Part shown: positions 37,559-49,748 of the stretch, in pieces
Layout: each line of letters opens with the position of its first letter
Position numbering within the stretch: position 1 is the stretch's first letter
Source of the DNA: Haliotis rubra
Taxonomy: Eukaryota
Assembly: GCF_003918875.1 (NCBI RefSeq)
Contig: NW_025767525.1
Coordinates: 124,001 to 188,000 of the forward strand
DNA length: 64,000 nt
Direction of reading: 5' to 3'
The notes under the pieces: generated by a model
Told to the model about the DNA's origin: nothing
The model's database searches: none
What the model saw: only the letters and a program-made list of their open reading frames with translations
Program-made: the position numbers and the translations under genes

Positions 37559-40500
37559 ATGCTCCAGTTTGCTGTTTTAGTGGTATTTTGGGGGGCAGCA
37601 AATGCCATTATATGTATTCCTGGGTTGTGCGCCTATGTGAAGCAAGTTCCCCTCAAGTGCACTGGTTCCATAGTCAAGGGGGGAGGATTCTGTGGGTGTG
37701 TTGACATCTGTGCCAAGGTATTTGTTCTCTGTTACATGTTGACATCTGTGCCAAGGTATTTGTTCTCTGTTACATGTCCATCTTTTCCGCAACGTTTTGA
37801 TGTGTGTATTATGCGACTGACGGATTAATCTCAACCAAACATTGTAACAGCTTTTATGTACTTGAAAAAAATATTAATACATGCCCACTTCCCTTTTTTA
37901 CTGGATTTCAAAGCTGTATAAATATTAGGGCTGCGCAATATAACCGGTTTACCGTTATTTGCCGCTTCAGACATGAAAACGGTACATATTGCGATACGCT
38001 GTTCGAAAACCGGTATTTTGACATGCATTCGGAAATCTTCGGATATTTCCTTTTTTTAAATTGTTCCTTTCCTTGTTTCATTTGTGACAAACATTATTTA
38101 CATTTATATTTTGCCATGATTAAAAGTTTTTTTAAAGCCTAATCAAGCATTGTGATTTTGTTGTGTTCTTGCTTTACAAATCAATCATTAACTCGACTAT
38201 AAGTAGGTTTTTTTGTTAAAAATAATTCTTGCAATATATTGCAATACATATCGCAATACATGCTTTCGCATCGCAATATATCGCAATACGAAAATTCCCT
38301 GCAATACCCACCCCTAATAAATATCCATACAATGATCAACCAAAATCCCAAAGACTACCACTGTTTACACAGAGACAAGTGGTAGTATTACAATGTGGAT
38401 TGTCAAACATTCAAAGGATTGGCTTGAATGTTTACAATTTTAAGTATTCTTAATGTCGACAAAATTTCTATTTTCAGAAGCCTGCTCTTGGAGTCTTTTT
38501 CAAGATGTTTCCATATCTTTCAATTTGCTAAACACTCACTCACTTCTACATTCAGGCTGAGGGAGAGGTGTGTCAGGCCCGTTACGAGAACGGTATTATA
38601 CCTGTGGGGTCATGTGACACAGGGTTGTTCTGCAAGGAGGAACACATTGGGGTTTATGGTGCGGGTACCTGTGTCAAGGACACGTTAAAGAGTAGGTTGA
38701 GCGTTGGGATCTCCGTTTTATTGTACACATGGTGTAAGGTGAAATGAAGAAATGAAGGATTTTAACGCAGAAATTGTCCCTTTAGGAGGGGAACTTTGGT
38801 GATAGTGCATGTGATTATCTGAAGTATTCATATTCTTCTCCTTTCATCTGTGACGTCAGAAATTGTTTATCAGTGTTTGTGGTTTTCTGAAGTATTCATA
38901 TTCTTCTCCTTTCATCTGTGACGTCAGAATATTGTTTATCAGTGTTTTTTTGGTTTCTGAAGTATTCATAATCTTCTCCTTTCATCTGTGACGTCAGAAT
39001 ATTGTTTATCAGTGTTTGTGGGTTTCTGAAGTATTCATATTCTTCTCCTTTCATCTGTGACGTCAGAAATTGTTTATCAGTGTTTGTGGTTTCTGAAGTA
39101 TTCATATTCTTCTCCTTTCATCTGTGACGTCAGAATATTGTTTATCAGTGTTTGTGGGTTTCTGAAGTATTCATATTCTTCTCCTTTCATCTGTGACGTC
39201 AGAATATTGTTTATCAGTGTTTGTGGGTTTCTGAAGTATTCATATTCTTCTCCACACTTGTGCGACATCGGGCGCTGCTTATCTTAAACTATCACCTGAC
39301 CTTTTAGGATCTGCGATGACCAAATGTGAGCGCATGGCCTACGTGCAGATGATGACCATGCGAAATTGGCCCAGCAAGTGGACGCCAGCCTGTGATGCCG
39401 ATGGTAACTTCACGCCATTGCAATGCAACTTCTCGGGTAAGACAACAGTGAAAGATGGTATGGTTTGTTATTAAACAGCTGTGGTCAAGCACGCAGTTCA
39501 TCCTGCCATTGTGGCATTCACGTGATAACTAACATTTTATGAGTGTTCCTGTTACATTATAAATTACTGGATTTCATCTTTTATCTGAATGAAAGTCACC
39601 ACGATTTCCGAAATATAACCGTGGGATATAAGATATATATTATCAAGATGGCTGTCATTTAAGCAACATTAACACGAGGCTTATATGTCAAAATGCATCC
39701 TAAAATACGGAAAATATCAGTGTTGACGTAACACAGACACCATTCTTGACGTAACAGACAACATTGTGGACGTAGCACAGACAACATTGTGGACGTAACA
39801 CTGACAACATTGTGGACGTAACACAGACAACATTGTGAACGTAACACAGACACCACTGTTGACGTAACACAGACACTGCTATTGACGTAACAGATAACAT
39901 TGCTGACGTAACACAGACATCATTGTGGACGTAACACAGACACCACTATTGACGTAACAGACAACATTGTGGAAGTAACACAGACAACATTGTGGACGTA
40001 ACACAGACATCATTGTGGACGTAACACAGACATCAGTGTGGACGTAACACAGACAACATTGTGGACGTTACACAGACACCACTGTTGACGTAACACAAAC
40101 ACCACTGTTCACGAAACACAAACACCATTGTGGACGTAACAACGACAACACTGCGGACGGAACACAGACAACATTGTGGACGTAACACAGACACCACTGT
40201 TGATGTAACAACAGACACCATTGTGGACGTAACACAGACACCACTGTTGACGTAACACAAACACCACTGTTCACGAAACACAAACACCATTGTGGACGTT
40301 ACACAGACACCACTGTTGACGTAACACAGACACCACTGTTGACGTAACACAGACAACATTGTGGACGTTACACAGACACCACTGTTGACGTAACACAGAC
40401 ACCACTGTTGACGTAACACAGACAACATTGTGGACGTTACACAGACACCACTGTTGACGTAACACAAACACCACTGTTCACGAAACACAAACACCATTGT

Positions 40501-41186
40501 GGACGTAACAACGACAACACTGCGGACGGAACACAGACAACATTGTGGACGTAACACAGACAACATTGTTGACGTAACACAGACACCATTGTGGACGTAA
40601 CACAGACACCACTGTTGACGTAATGTATGACGTAACAACACGGTTACACTTTATGTCTGGAATTAGAAATTCTTTGATACAGGCCTTTTAAACTAACTTT
40701 CTAGATTGCTTTTGATTAACAAAAGTATTGAGTAATATCATAATAATGATTTATCACAATATCATGATAAAATTCCACACACACCACATTCCCCGACGCA
40801 ATTTCCATAGCAAAATCAGAGAAAGCACCTGAGAAACCGATACTGGGGTGATGTACGTAGACACCGGGTGTCAAACTAACCGTGTATTGGGCACTGATGT
40901 GTTGTGCTTAAGAGATCAATTACTGATACAAGAAGTGTTCATTTTATTGGTAATGTGACCAGTTCTTATGTGTATGTGATGTATTTTTATGATATCTGTA
41001 CTCAACAAAGAATCATCTATGAAAAATGAAATCAGCAGCAGCAGCATCATCATCGTCATCAGCATCATCAATGATAGTAACAATTTGACAACTTGTGTTT
41101 CAGGTTTCTGTTTCTGTGTGAACTCCACCACTGGAGACATACAAACCGGCATGATCCATGGCCATGTCGACTGTCCTCCAGACTAG
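37559..41186 (+). CDS. Secreted IGFBP-N-like + thyroglobulin type-1 domain protein, paralogue C (168 aa; in-frame upstream ATGs at 37511 and 37535)
   Basis: Exons 37559-37717, 38556-38691, 39308-39436, 41104-41186. MLQFAVLVVFWGAANAIICIPGLC...GGGFCGCVDICAKAEGEVCQARYENGIIPVGSCDTGLFC...GTCVKDTLKRSAMTKCERMAYVQMMTMRNWPSKWTPACDADGNFTPLQCNFSGFCFCVNSTTGDIQTGMIHGHVDCPPD*. Confidence 0.9.
37926..38316. mobile_element. Non-autonomous hAT element, second copy, in C intron 1
   Basis: Same sequence family as 24736-25136; 8-bp TSD ataaatat. Confidence 0.85.
38818..39252. repeat. ~69-bp minisatellite (6+ copies) in C intron 2
   Basis: Unit ctgaagtattcatattcttctcctttcatctgTGACGTCAgaatattgtttatcagtgtttgtgggttt. 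Confidence 0.95.
39720..40623. repeat. 23-bp minisatellite (~39 copies) in C intron 3
   Basis: Unit tgttgacgtaacacagacaccac and variants. Confidence 0.95.
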
Positions 41187-41420
41187 CCGCGCAACCTTCG
41201 TGTACTTCACAGAAATAAACACATCTTTATTCCACACATATTCATACAAATTATATCGTTTTGAAAAAGTCAATTTACATTAAGCTGTATAAGCAGTAAT
41301 GTCGTGAACTTCAATATCTCTTCATGTGTTCCGATTTTGGTTCAAACTGAGGATGTTAGTCACAATCGTTTCCTCGATTCCATGCATCCAGCTGAATTCC
41401 GTTGTTCCGGATCCTGTTTT

Positions 41421-43715
41421 GTAGAGAAACCCAGCAATACGGGAGCTCAATTTACAATGGGACGTTACTCTGAAGAGAAACCTAGCAATACGGGAGCTCA
41501 CTTTACAAAGGGACGTTACTCTGCAAAGAAACCCAGCAATACGGGAGCTCACTTGACAATGGGACGTTACTCTGGAGAGACACCCAGCAATACGGGAGCT
41601 CACTTTACAAAGGGACGTTACTCTGTAGAGAAACCCAGCAATACGGGAGCTCAGTTTACAAAGGGACGTTACTCTGTAGAGAAACCCAGCAATACGGGAG
41701 CTCAGTTTACAAAGGGACGTTGCTCTGTAGAGCAACCCAGCAATACGGGATCTCAGTTTACAATGGGACGTTACTCTGTAGAGAAACCCAGCAATACGGG
41801 AGCTCACTTTACAAAGGGACGTCACTCTGGAGAGATACCCAGCAATACGGGAGCTCACTTTACAATGGGACGTTACTCTGTAGAGAAACCCAGCAATACG
41901 GGAGCTCACTTTACAAAGGGACGTTACTCTGTATAGAAACCCAGCAATACGGAAGCTCACTTTACAATGGGACGTTACTCTGGAGAGAAACCCTGCAATA
42001 CGGGAGTACACTTTACAAAGGGACCTTACTCTGTAGAGAAACCCAGCAATACGGGAGCTCACTTTACAAAGGGACGTTACTCTGTAGAGAAACCCAGCAA
42101 TACGGGAGCTCACTTTACAAAGGGACCTTACTCCGGAGAGAAACCCAACAATACGGGAGCTCACTTTACAAAGGGACGTTACTCTGGAGAGAAACCCAGC
42201 AATACGGGAGTACACTTTACAAAGGGACGTTACTCTGGGGAGAAACCCAGCAATACAGGAGTTCACTTTACAAAGGGACGTTACTCTGGGGAGAAACCCA
42301 GCAATACGGAAGCTCACTTTACAAAGGGACGTTACTCTGGAGAGAAACCCAGCAATACGGGAGCTCATTTTACTAAGGGACGTTACTCTGGAGAGAAACC
42401 CAGCAATACGGGAGCTCACTTTACAAAGGGACGTTACTCTGAAGAGAAACCCAGCAATACGGGAGCTCACGTTACAAAGGGACGTTACTCTGTAGAGAAA
42501 CCCAGCAATACGGGAGCTCACTTTACAAAGGGACGTTACTCTGGAGAGAAACCCAGCAATACGGGAGCTCACTTTACAAAGGGACCTTACTCTGTAGAGA
42601 AACCCAGCAATACGGGAGCTCACTTTACAAAGGGAGGTTACTCTGTAGAGAAACCCAGCAATGCGGGAGCTCACTTTACAAAGGGACGTTACTATGGGGA
42701 GTAACCCAGCAATACGGGAGCTCACTTTACAATGGGACGTTACTCTGGAGAGAAACCCAGCAATACGGGAGCTCACTTTACAAAGGGACCTTACTCTGTA
42801 GAGAAACCCAGCAATACGGGAGCTCACTTTACAAAGGGACGTTACTCTGGGGAGAAACCCAGCAATACGGGAGCTCACTTTACAAAGGGACGTTACTCTG
42901 GGGAGAAACCCAGCAATACGGGAGCTCAGTTTACAAAGGGACGTTACTCTGGAGAGAAACCCAGCAATACGGGAGTTCACTTTACAAAGGGACGCTACTC
43001 TGTAGAGAAACCCAGCAATACGGGAGCTCACTTTACAAAGGGACGTTACTCTGGAGAGAAACCCAGCAATACAGGAGTTCACTTTACAAAGGGACGTTAC
43101 TCTGTAGAGAAACCCAGCAATACGGAAGCTCACTTTACAAAGGGACGTTACTCTGGAGAGAAACCCAGCAATAAGGGAGCTCAGTTTACTAAGGGACGTT
43201 ACTCTGGAGAGACACCCAGCAATACGGGAGCTCACTTTACAATGGGACGTTACTCTGGAGAGAAACCCAGCAATAAGGGAGCTCACTTTACAAAGGGACG
43301 TTACTCTGTAGAGTAACCCAGCAATACGGGAGCTCACTTTACAATGGGACGTTACTCTGGAGAGAAACCCAGCAATACGGGAGCTCACTTTACAAAGGGA
43401 TCTTACTCTGTAGAGAAACCCAACAATACGGGAGCTCACTTAACAAAGGGACGTTACTCTGGGGAGAAACCCAGCAATACGGGAGCTCACTTTACAAAGG
43501 GACGTTACTCTGGGGAGAAACCCAGCAATACGGGAGCTCAGTTTACAAAGGGACGTTACTCTGGAGAGAAACCCAGCAATACGGGAGTACACTTTACAAA
43601 GGGACGTTACTCTGTAGAGAAACCCAGCAATACAGGAGTTCACTTTACAAAGGGACGTTACTCTGGAGAGAAACATAGCAATACGGGAGTTCACTTTACA
43701 AAGGGACGTTACTCT
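41421..43715. repeat. 51-bp minisatellite (~45 copies) downstream of C
   Basis: Unit gagaaacccagcaatacgggagctcactttacaaagggacgttactctgga. It generates the spurious long ORFs. Confidence 0.97.
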
Positions 43716-45059
43716 ATGTTCTCTTCTGCTTCATCCGGATTGTTCAATGAAAAGTATTCTACATGAACATATGGCTGCTTCGTGAACGAAGCCAATGTGA
43801 TATAATGCTGTCTTCTTGTAGAAAAATACATAATAACAATAGCGTTAGTTTGGACTGACCTGCTGTTTCATGTTCCCAAACAATGCGGAAATGAGCTATG
43901 CATGAAATCCACTTTGAAAAAGACGGTCCTCCAAGCAAAACTAAGAAAATCTCAATCCCGATCGCGTCATATAGACAGTGGTGTGTCATTTAGTGTGATA
44001 TGCAGTGTCTCATTTCGCGCCATGTGGAATTTATAATGGGGCAATGAACCAGTTACCAAAAGTGTAATAATCTCATTTTAGAATTTTTGAGAAATATTTT
44101 GGCGTTCTACCGCCCACGTGCGATCACATATATCCTTGTCTTATTATGCTGTTATTGTATTATTGTTAAACTGTTGCTTCCTGTGACTGCGTTAGGCCCA
44201 TACTCAGAAATATTGATAAATGCGTCCTAAAACAACAGTCGCTCTGCCACGCCTGCTTCATTGCTTACCGTCGCGTTTCTTTCTTTCGACAGTATATTTT
44301 GGTTGACTAGGTCATGGTTTTTATACTTCGACCAATACGTTTATCTACGACCGTGTGTTCATTGTAAACTGTCCACCGCATGTGCGTAGAAGCTAGTCAC
44401 ATAGCTGTGTACCCTAAGCACACAAGCACATTGTAGCACACTCAGGGTCAGTTTTAGAAGTGAACATATGCATTTGTTGCGTGATGCAGCGAATATGCAA
44501 TCTGCTGACAGAGACGTGTATAATGACCAGCTGTCAGAGTTCTAGCATGTTTGGCTTATCTAATCAGTTTACGCGTAGAATACTGTAGGCCACTAAAACG
44601 AAACCTTCTAGCTGCAAATATTCTGACGTTTTAGCGACTTTGTTAGAAATCTAGTTTACAGAATTAAATATTTATTCACTGTATTCAGTATGTGACATAA
44701 TGTGTTTGGTTTGTAACATAAATGACTCAATTTGTTCAAGTTGTCTCCAGCGTCTCATGAAGAGGGACAGTTTTCTAAACGAACTCTACACCGTCGTTTG
44801 TTCTATTCTTCAAGTCTGAGAAGATACGGTTTTACCATGCAATTTAGGACACATATCGTTATGTACTGGAAACGGTGATATCTACAGCAATTCGTTGTGT
44901 AAAGTTTCGGCCATTAGTAGGTGAAATCATACTGACGCATAAGCTCTACTGCTATTAATTCGAAAGACATCGCTTCGTAGCTCACAATATGATATTGCGT
45001 GCAATTCACATTGTTGTATATCATTACTTATCACATCCAAAAAGATCAGGATTACAGTG

Positions 45060-45585
45060 GATGAATGAATTGTGTTTTACGCCGCTTTTAGCAATATCCC
45101 AGCAATATCAGGGCTGGGGACAACAGAAATGGGCTCACACATTGTACCCATGTGGGGAATGGAACCCGGGTATTCGGCATGGTGAGCGAACGCTTTAACT
45201 CCTAGGCTACCTCACCGCCCCTCATGATTACAACTGGCCTTGAGCAACCAATACTTGGTGTAAGTGGCGACGAACGGGATCAGTTGGTGACTTGGTTGAT
45301 GCATGTCATCGTATCCTGATTGCGTACATCGTTGCTCATGATGTCAATCACTGGATTGTCTGGTCACATCGTTTACAGACAGCCGTCATGTATCTGGAAA
45401 TAAGGAATGCTGCGTGTTTCGTTAAACAACAAAGAGTGAGTGAGGATGTTTTGACGTGGCTTTTAGCAATATTCCAGCAATATCACGTCGGGGGACAACA
45501 GAAATTCACATACTGTACCCATGTGAGGAGAGGAACCCGGATTGGGGCGTGACGAGCGAGCGCATTAACCACTAGGCTAATACAC
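45060..45585. mobile_element. SINE cluster (family 1 -, family 3 +, family 1 -)
   Basis: Family matches; paralogous cluster at 53845-54280. Confidence 0.7.
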
Positions 45586-45754
45586 CATCCAAAACAGCAA
45601 AGGAAAAAAACTACATATAAGTACAGAGTAATCTGAATGACATGCTGTCTCTTGTTTGTTGTCGATACCGCGTTTAACGAAGATCGAGACTCTTCCCCAA
45701 CCCCCACCCCTCATTCCGATTCCACCACTAACCTATGTTGGGGCTCAGCGACCA

Positions 45755-45869
45755 GGGGCTCCTTTCATGAAGCAACCTTTACTAAGGTTAACCTTAACTC
45801 CCATTCTTTAACATTGCACTAAAGTTACCTCAGTGACTTACGACCCCCTTGCTTTGTGAAAGGAGGCCC
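45755..45869. mobile_element. Degenerate palindromic MITE
   Basis: ggggctcctttcatgaagcaa...ttgctttgtgaaaggaggccc. Confidence 0.5.
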
Positions 45870-46487
45870 AGTTTGGTGGCAATGCCTGTCGATGTAGAGT
45901 AAGTACTGAGGTATGAAGGTCATGTAATGACCAAATGAGGACTGGTTGAAACAGTGTTCGCATAGGCTTTTGAATGACAAGGCTGTGAGTGCCTCTACCA
46001 GTGCCAATAGCTTGATTCGAACTTGGGATTAGTTTCAAAAGGTTTCGCGATTTGATCGACGTCTTTCACGGGTTCACGTGGTTTGGGATCAGCTTTTATA
46101 CAGATCGTCGTCACTAAGCTTGTTCCCCATTAAGGTCCGAGTTACAACTGTTTTTCAACCCATGGTTGTTATAAGAGACGGCTAACGGAATAACGTTTTA
46201 AGGCTTACCTACTGGTTGGTGCATGTCATCGCGTCTTATTTGCTTAGATCGCTGGTCATTTTGTTAGTCACTGGATTATCTGGTCGAAAGCTTATTTACA
46301 GGTCGCCGCAATACAAATTGAACAGTGGCGTAAAAGAGCAAGCAAACAAAGAAACAAATACACATGTTGTTGTAATAATTCTGCGAAGTTAAAACAAATA
46401 TTAAAACATTGAGATGTTAACAAAGAATTGAATCAAAGTGATAAGCCGAAAGCCTATTTTCTTCCTTGCTCTGCCTGTATCTTGCTT

Positions 46488-46494
46488 TATAAAA
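46488..46494 (+). promoter_or_regulatory. TATA box of paralogue D
   Basis: TATAAAA 42 nt before the ATG; conserved in E. Confidence 0.65.
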
Positions 46495-46689
46495 GACAAG
46501 TCGGGCACATGGTCCAGTATTTTGACACGATGATCCGTCTAGCAGCGTTCCTGGCAGCCGTCGTGACGGCGGGGGCTATTGTTTGTACCCCTGACATGTG
46601 TGATGGGGTAGAGAAGACGCCCCTCACTTGCCCGGGGTCCGTCATCGAGGGAGGGGGCTTCTGTGGCTGTACAGACACCTGTGCCAAGG

Positions 46690-46852
46690 TGAGTGTGACT
46701 GAGTGAGTTTTGTTTTACGCCGCTTTTATCAATATTTCATCAATGTCACGACGGGGGACACCAGAAATAAGCATCTCATTTTGTACCCATGTGGGGAATC
46801 GAACCCGGGTCTTCGGCGTTACGAGCAAACGCTTCAACCACTGGGCTACCCA
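46690..46852 (-). mobile_element. SINE family 1 abutting the D exon 1 donor
   Basis: The reverse-strand tail begins at intron position +3; paralogous to 55030-55168. Confidence 0.8.
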
Positions 46853-46949
46853 AGTGAGGTGTGTTTAACTCGAGGTGACGTTTAGGTGTGTTTTTTATCA
46901 CGAATTCAAACCATGACACTGAATAATATTGTACTTTCGGTGGTAAAAA

Positions 46950-47165
46950 CTCAGCTCTCAGCAATATTCCAGCTATATGGGGCCATTCTGTAAATAATCG
47001 AGTCTGGACCAGACAATCCAGGGATCAACAGCTTGAGCATCGATCTACGCAACATATGAAGACATGTGTCAACCAAGTCAGTGAGCCTGAGCACCTGATC
47101 GTTAGTCGCCGCTCACGACAAGCATGGGTTGCTGAAGAACAATTCTAACCCAGATCTTCACTGGT
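46950..47165 (-). mobile_element. SINE family 3 in D intron 1
   Basis: Reverse family 3; paralogous to 55340-55740. Confidence 0.75.
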
Positions 47166-48639
47166 CACAACAGAACTTGTGCTGCTTTAATGATGAATGA
47201 ATTGTCAATAACAACAACTATTCTGATGCCACTCATGATATACATGTTTCCTGATCTAGGTAGAAGGAGACTTATGCCAGAAGTCCTCCCTGTTGACGGG
47301 GCCGCTCCCCGCACGACCAGTGTGACACGGGTCTCGTGTGCGACTCCGTCGGTAGTGCCTTCCTGGATCTGTTTGGGAAAGGCAAATGCGTGAAAGACAC
47401 ACAAAGCAAACGTTTTGTCTTTGACGGTAAGCAAAATTCAAATATGAACTTTTTTTTTTCTAGTCGTCGTATCACAAGATGCATGAGTGAGTAAGTGACT
47501 ATGGTGGTATGCCCATTTTAGCAATATTCCAGCAAATATCACTATTGGGGGGCACCGGAAATGTGCTCCACACATTGCACCCGTATAGGGGATCAGGATC
47601 CAGTTCTTTTTTAACCACTATACTGGCCCCCCTGACCCCAAATTACATGTGAAAGGTTTACGGTGTGAAAGACGTGCGTTCATGTACAGATGCACGTTGT
47701 AAGGACTGTAAGAAATATCGATTAAAATGTTTTCCAATTTCTTTATGAATTTCTAATTTTGCTAGGTTTTGGAACTCACGTTATAACTACATATACATGT
47801 ATATGACTGCGGTCCGTAAATAATCGGGATTGACTTAGCAATCCAGTGATTTCTTTTGTAATAACGGTGGTCAGTGTTAAGAGAGAGTGTTTTTTGTAAT
47901 TTGTAATTTGTAAAATCACATTGATTAAGTGATAATTATTATGGGTCGCAATGTTTAAAGTTTTGAGTGTGGGTTTTATGGTCAAATCTCGCATCATATA
48001 TGTTCAATGGCAATAGTATTTTTAGCGGCACGCCTTTTTGATAGCGCTTCAGAGTTGCCTCCCTTGGCAATCTTGTTTATTTACGGCTTTCATCATGCCG
48101 TGGAGTTTTCCACCGATTTCGACGGATTTCTATAAAGTTCTGAGTGGATAATGATACAGCCTAGCTTTGCTAGAATGCTCGAGAACTGTGAGCTATATAA
48201 AGGCTGGTTGTTGTGTTGTGACACGGACTTTTCACATGACTGGATTTATACACATCTGTCTCCCATCGTTGTTCAACATTTCAAGATTGACCCTGCTTGC
48301 CTGCTGCCATTATCATCTACCTTCAATCAGTATATCTGCTCTCACTGTAAATGTCAAGACTCTGGCGAGTTAATGTTTTAATTTTGTGACCCAATATTTT
48401 AGATTTTTGACTCAATTGCATTTACTAGATATATGTATTGTCATTCATTGTAATTTGCTCATTGTTTGCTCAATATATTATTGAATATTTTAGACTTGTT
48501 TGTGTTCTATTTTGCTGGTTCAAAGGGGACTTTTGAACCTTTTGTCACGGTAATTTATTAACCGTAACATCAGTGGATGTCAACTTCTATATTATGAGGA
48601 ACACAACGTTTTGGAGTTATATGCTTACTCCTTCATCCT

Positions 48640-49125
48640 TTTGGGTTCGATTACTTTTCTGTGCTCGACTATACCTTTGTGTTGGACTACTTTTTGTGCT
48701 CGACTATACCTTTGTGTTTGACTACTTTTTGTGCTCGACTACCTTTGTATTGGACTACTTTTCTGTGCTCGACTATACACTTCTGTTGGACTACTTTCTG
48801 TGCTCGACTATACCTTTGTGTTGGACTACTTTTCTGTGCTCGACTATACCCTACTGTTCGACTACTTTTCTGTGTTCGACTATACCTTTGTGTTGGACTA
48901 CTTTTTGTGCTCGACTATACATTGTGTTGGACTACTTTTCTGTGCTCGACTACCTTTGTGTTGGACTACTTTTCTGTGCTCGACTTCTGTTTGTGTTGGA
49001 CTACTTTTCAGTGCTCGACTTCTGTTTGTGTTGGACTACTTTTTCCTGTGCTCGACTACCTTTGTGTGGACTACTTTTTGTGTTTGACTACTTTTTTGGT
49101 GGACTACTTTTTGTGCTGGACTATT
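48640..49125. repeat. ~18/36-bp minisatellite immediately upstream of D exon 3
   Basis: Unit gtgctcgactatacctttgtgttggactacttttct. Confidence 0.9.
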
Positions 49126-49431
49126 TTTTAAACTATCACCTGACGTTTTAGGATCTGAGACCAAATGCCAGCACTTGGCGTACTCGCAGATGATGTCCAT
49201 GCAATATGGGACAACCCAGTGGCAAGCAGACTGTGATACTGATGGTAACTTCCGACCCATGCAGTGCGACATCGGGGGTAAGACAACAGTGACAGATGGT
49301 ATAGTTTGTTATCAAACAGCTGTGGCCAAGCACGCAGTTCATCCTGCCATTGTGGCCTTCACGCGATAACTAACATTTTATTATAATTCCTGTTCCATCA
49401 TCAATTACTGGATTTAATCTTTTGTCTGAAA

Positions 49432-49595
49432 TGAGTGAGTGAGTTTAGTTTTAAGCCGCTTTTAGCAATATTCCAGCAATATCACGTCGGGGGATGCCAG
49501 AAATGAGATTCACACATTGCACCCATGTAGGGATTCGAACCCGGGTCTTCGCCGTGACGAGCAAACGCTTTAATCACTAGGCTACCCAACCGCCC
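49432..49595 (-). mobile_element. SINE family 1, present in duplicate copy 2 only
   Basis: TSD ttgtctgaaat; empty site at ~39585 in copy 1. Confidence 0.85.
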
Positions 49596-49748
49596 TTGTC
49601 TGAAATAAAAGTATTTACACATGTCACCATGATTCCGAAATACATCCGTAGGATATAAGATATTTATTTTCAAGATGGTTGTAATTAAAGCAACATGAAG
49701 AAGAGGCTTACATGTCATAATGAATCTTAAAATAAGGAAAATACCAAT

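Larger units (their letters stand above)
39285..47505 (+). repeat. Segmental duplication, copy 1 (C exons 3-4, intergenic DNA, D exons 1-2)
   Basis: Collinear and roughly 90-95% similar by eye to 49128-56140, apart from VNTR lengths, insertions and exon 3. Boundaries approximate. Confidence 0.9.

Noticed and set aside
41304-43766. 705-aa minus-strand ORF and EKPSNTGAHFTKGRYSG repeats, superficially like zinc-finger linkers
   Set aside because: Product of a 51-bp VNTR. There is no C2H2 pattern, plus-strand stops are scattered, and the paralogous locus has only 3 units.
46509-46529. Upstream in-frame ATG of D (MVQYFDT)
   Set aside because: Only ~20 nt after the TATA box, so probably upstream of the TSS, and out of frame in E.
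48573-49151. Hydrophobic repeat ORFs upstream of D exon 3
   Set aside because: Minisatellite translation in three frames within an intron.
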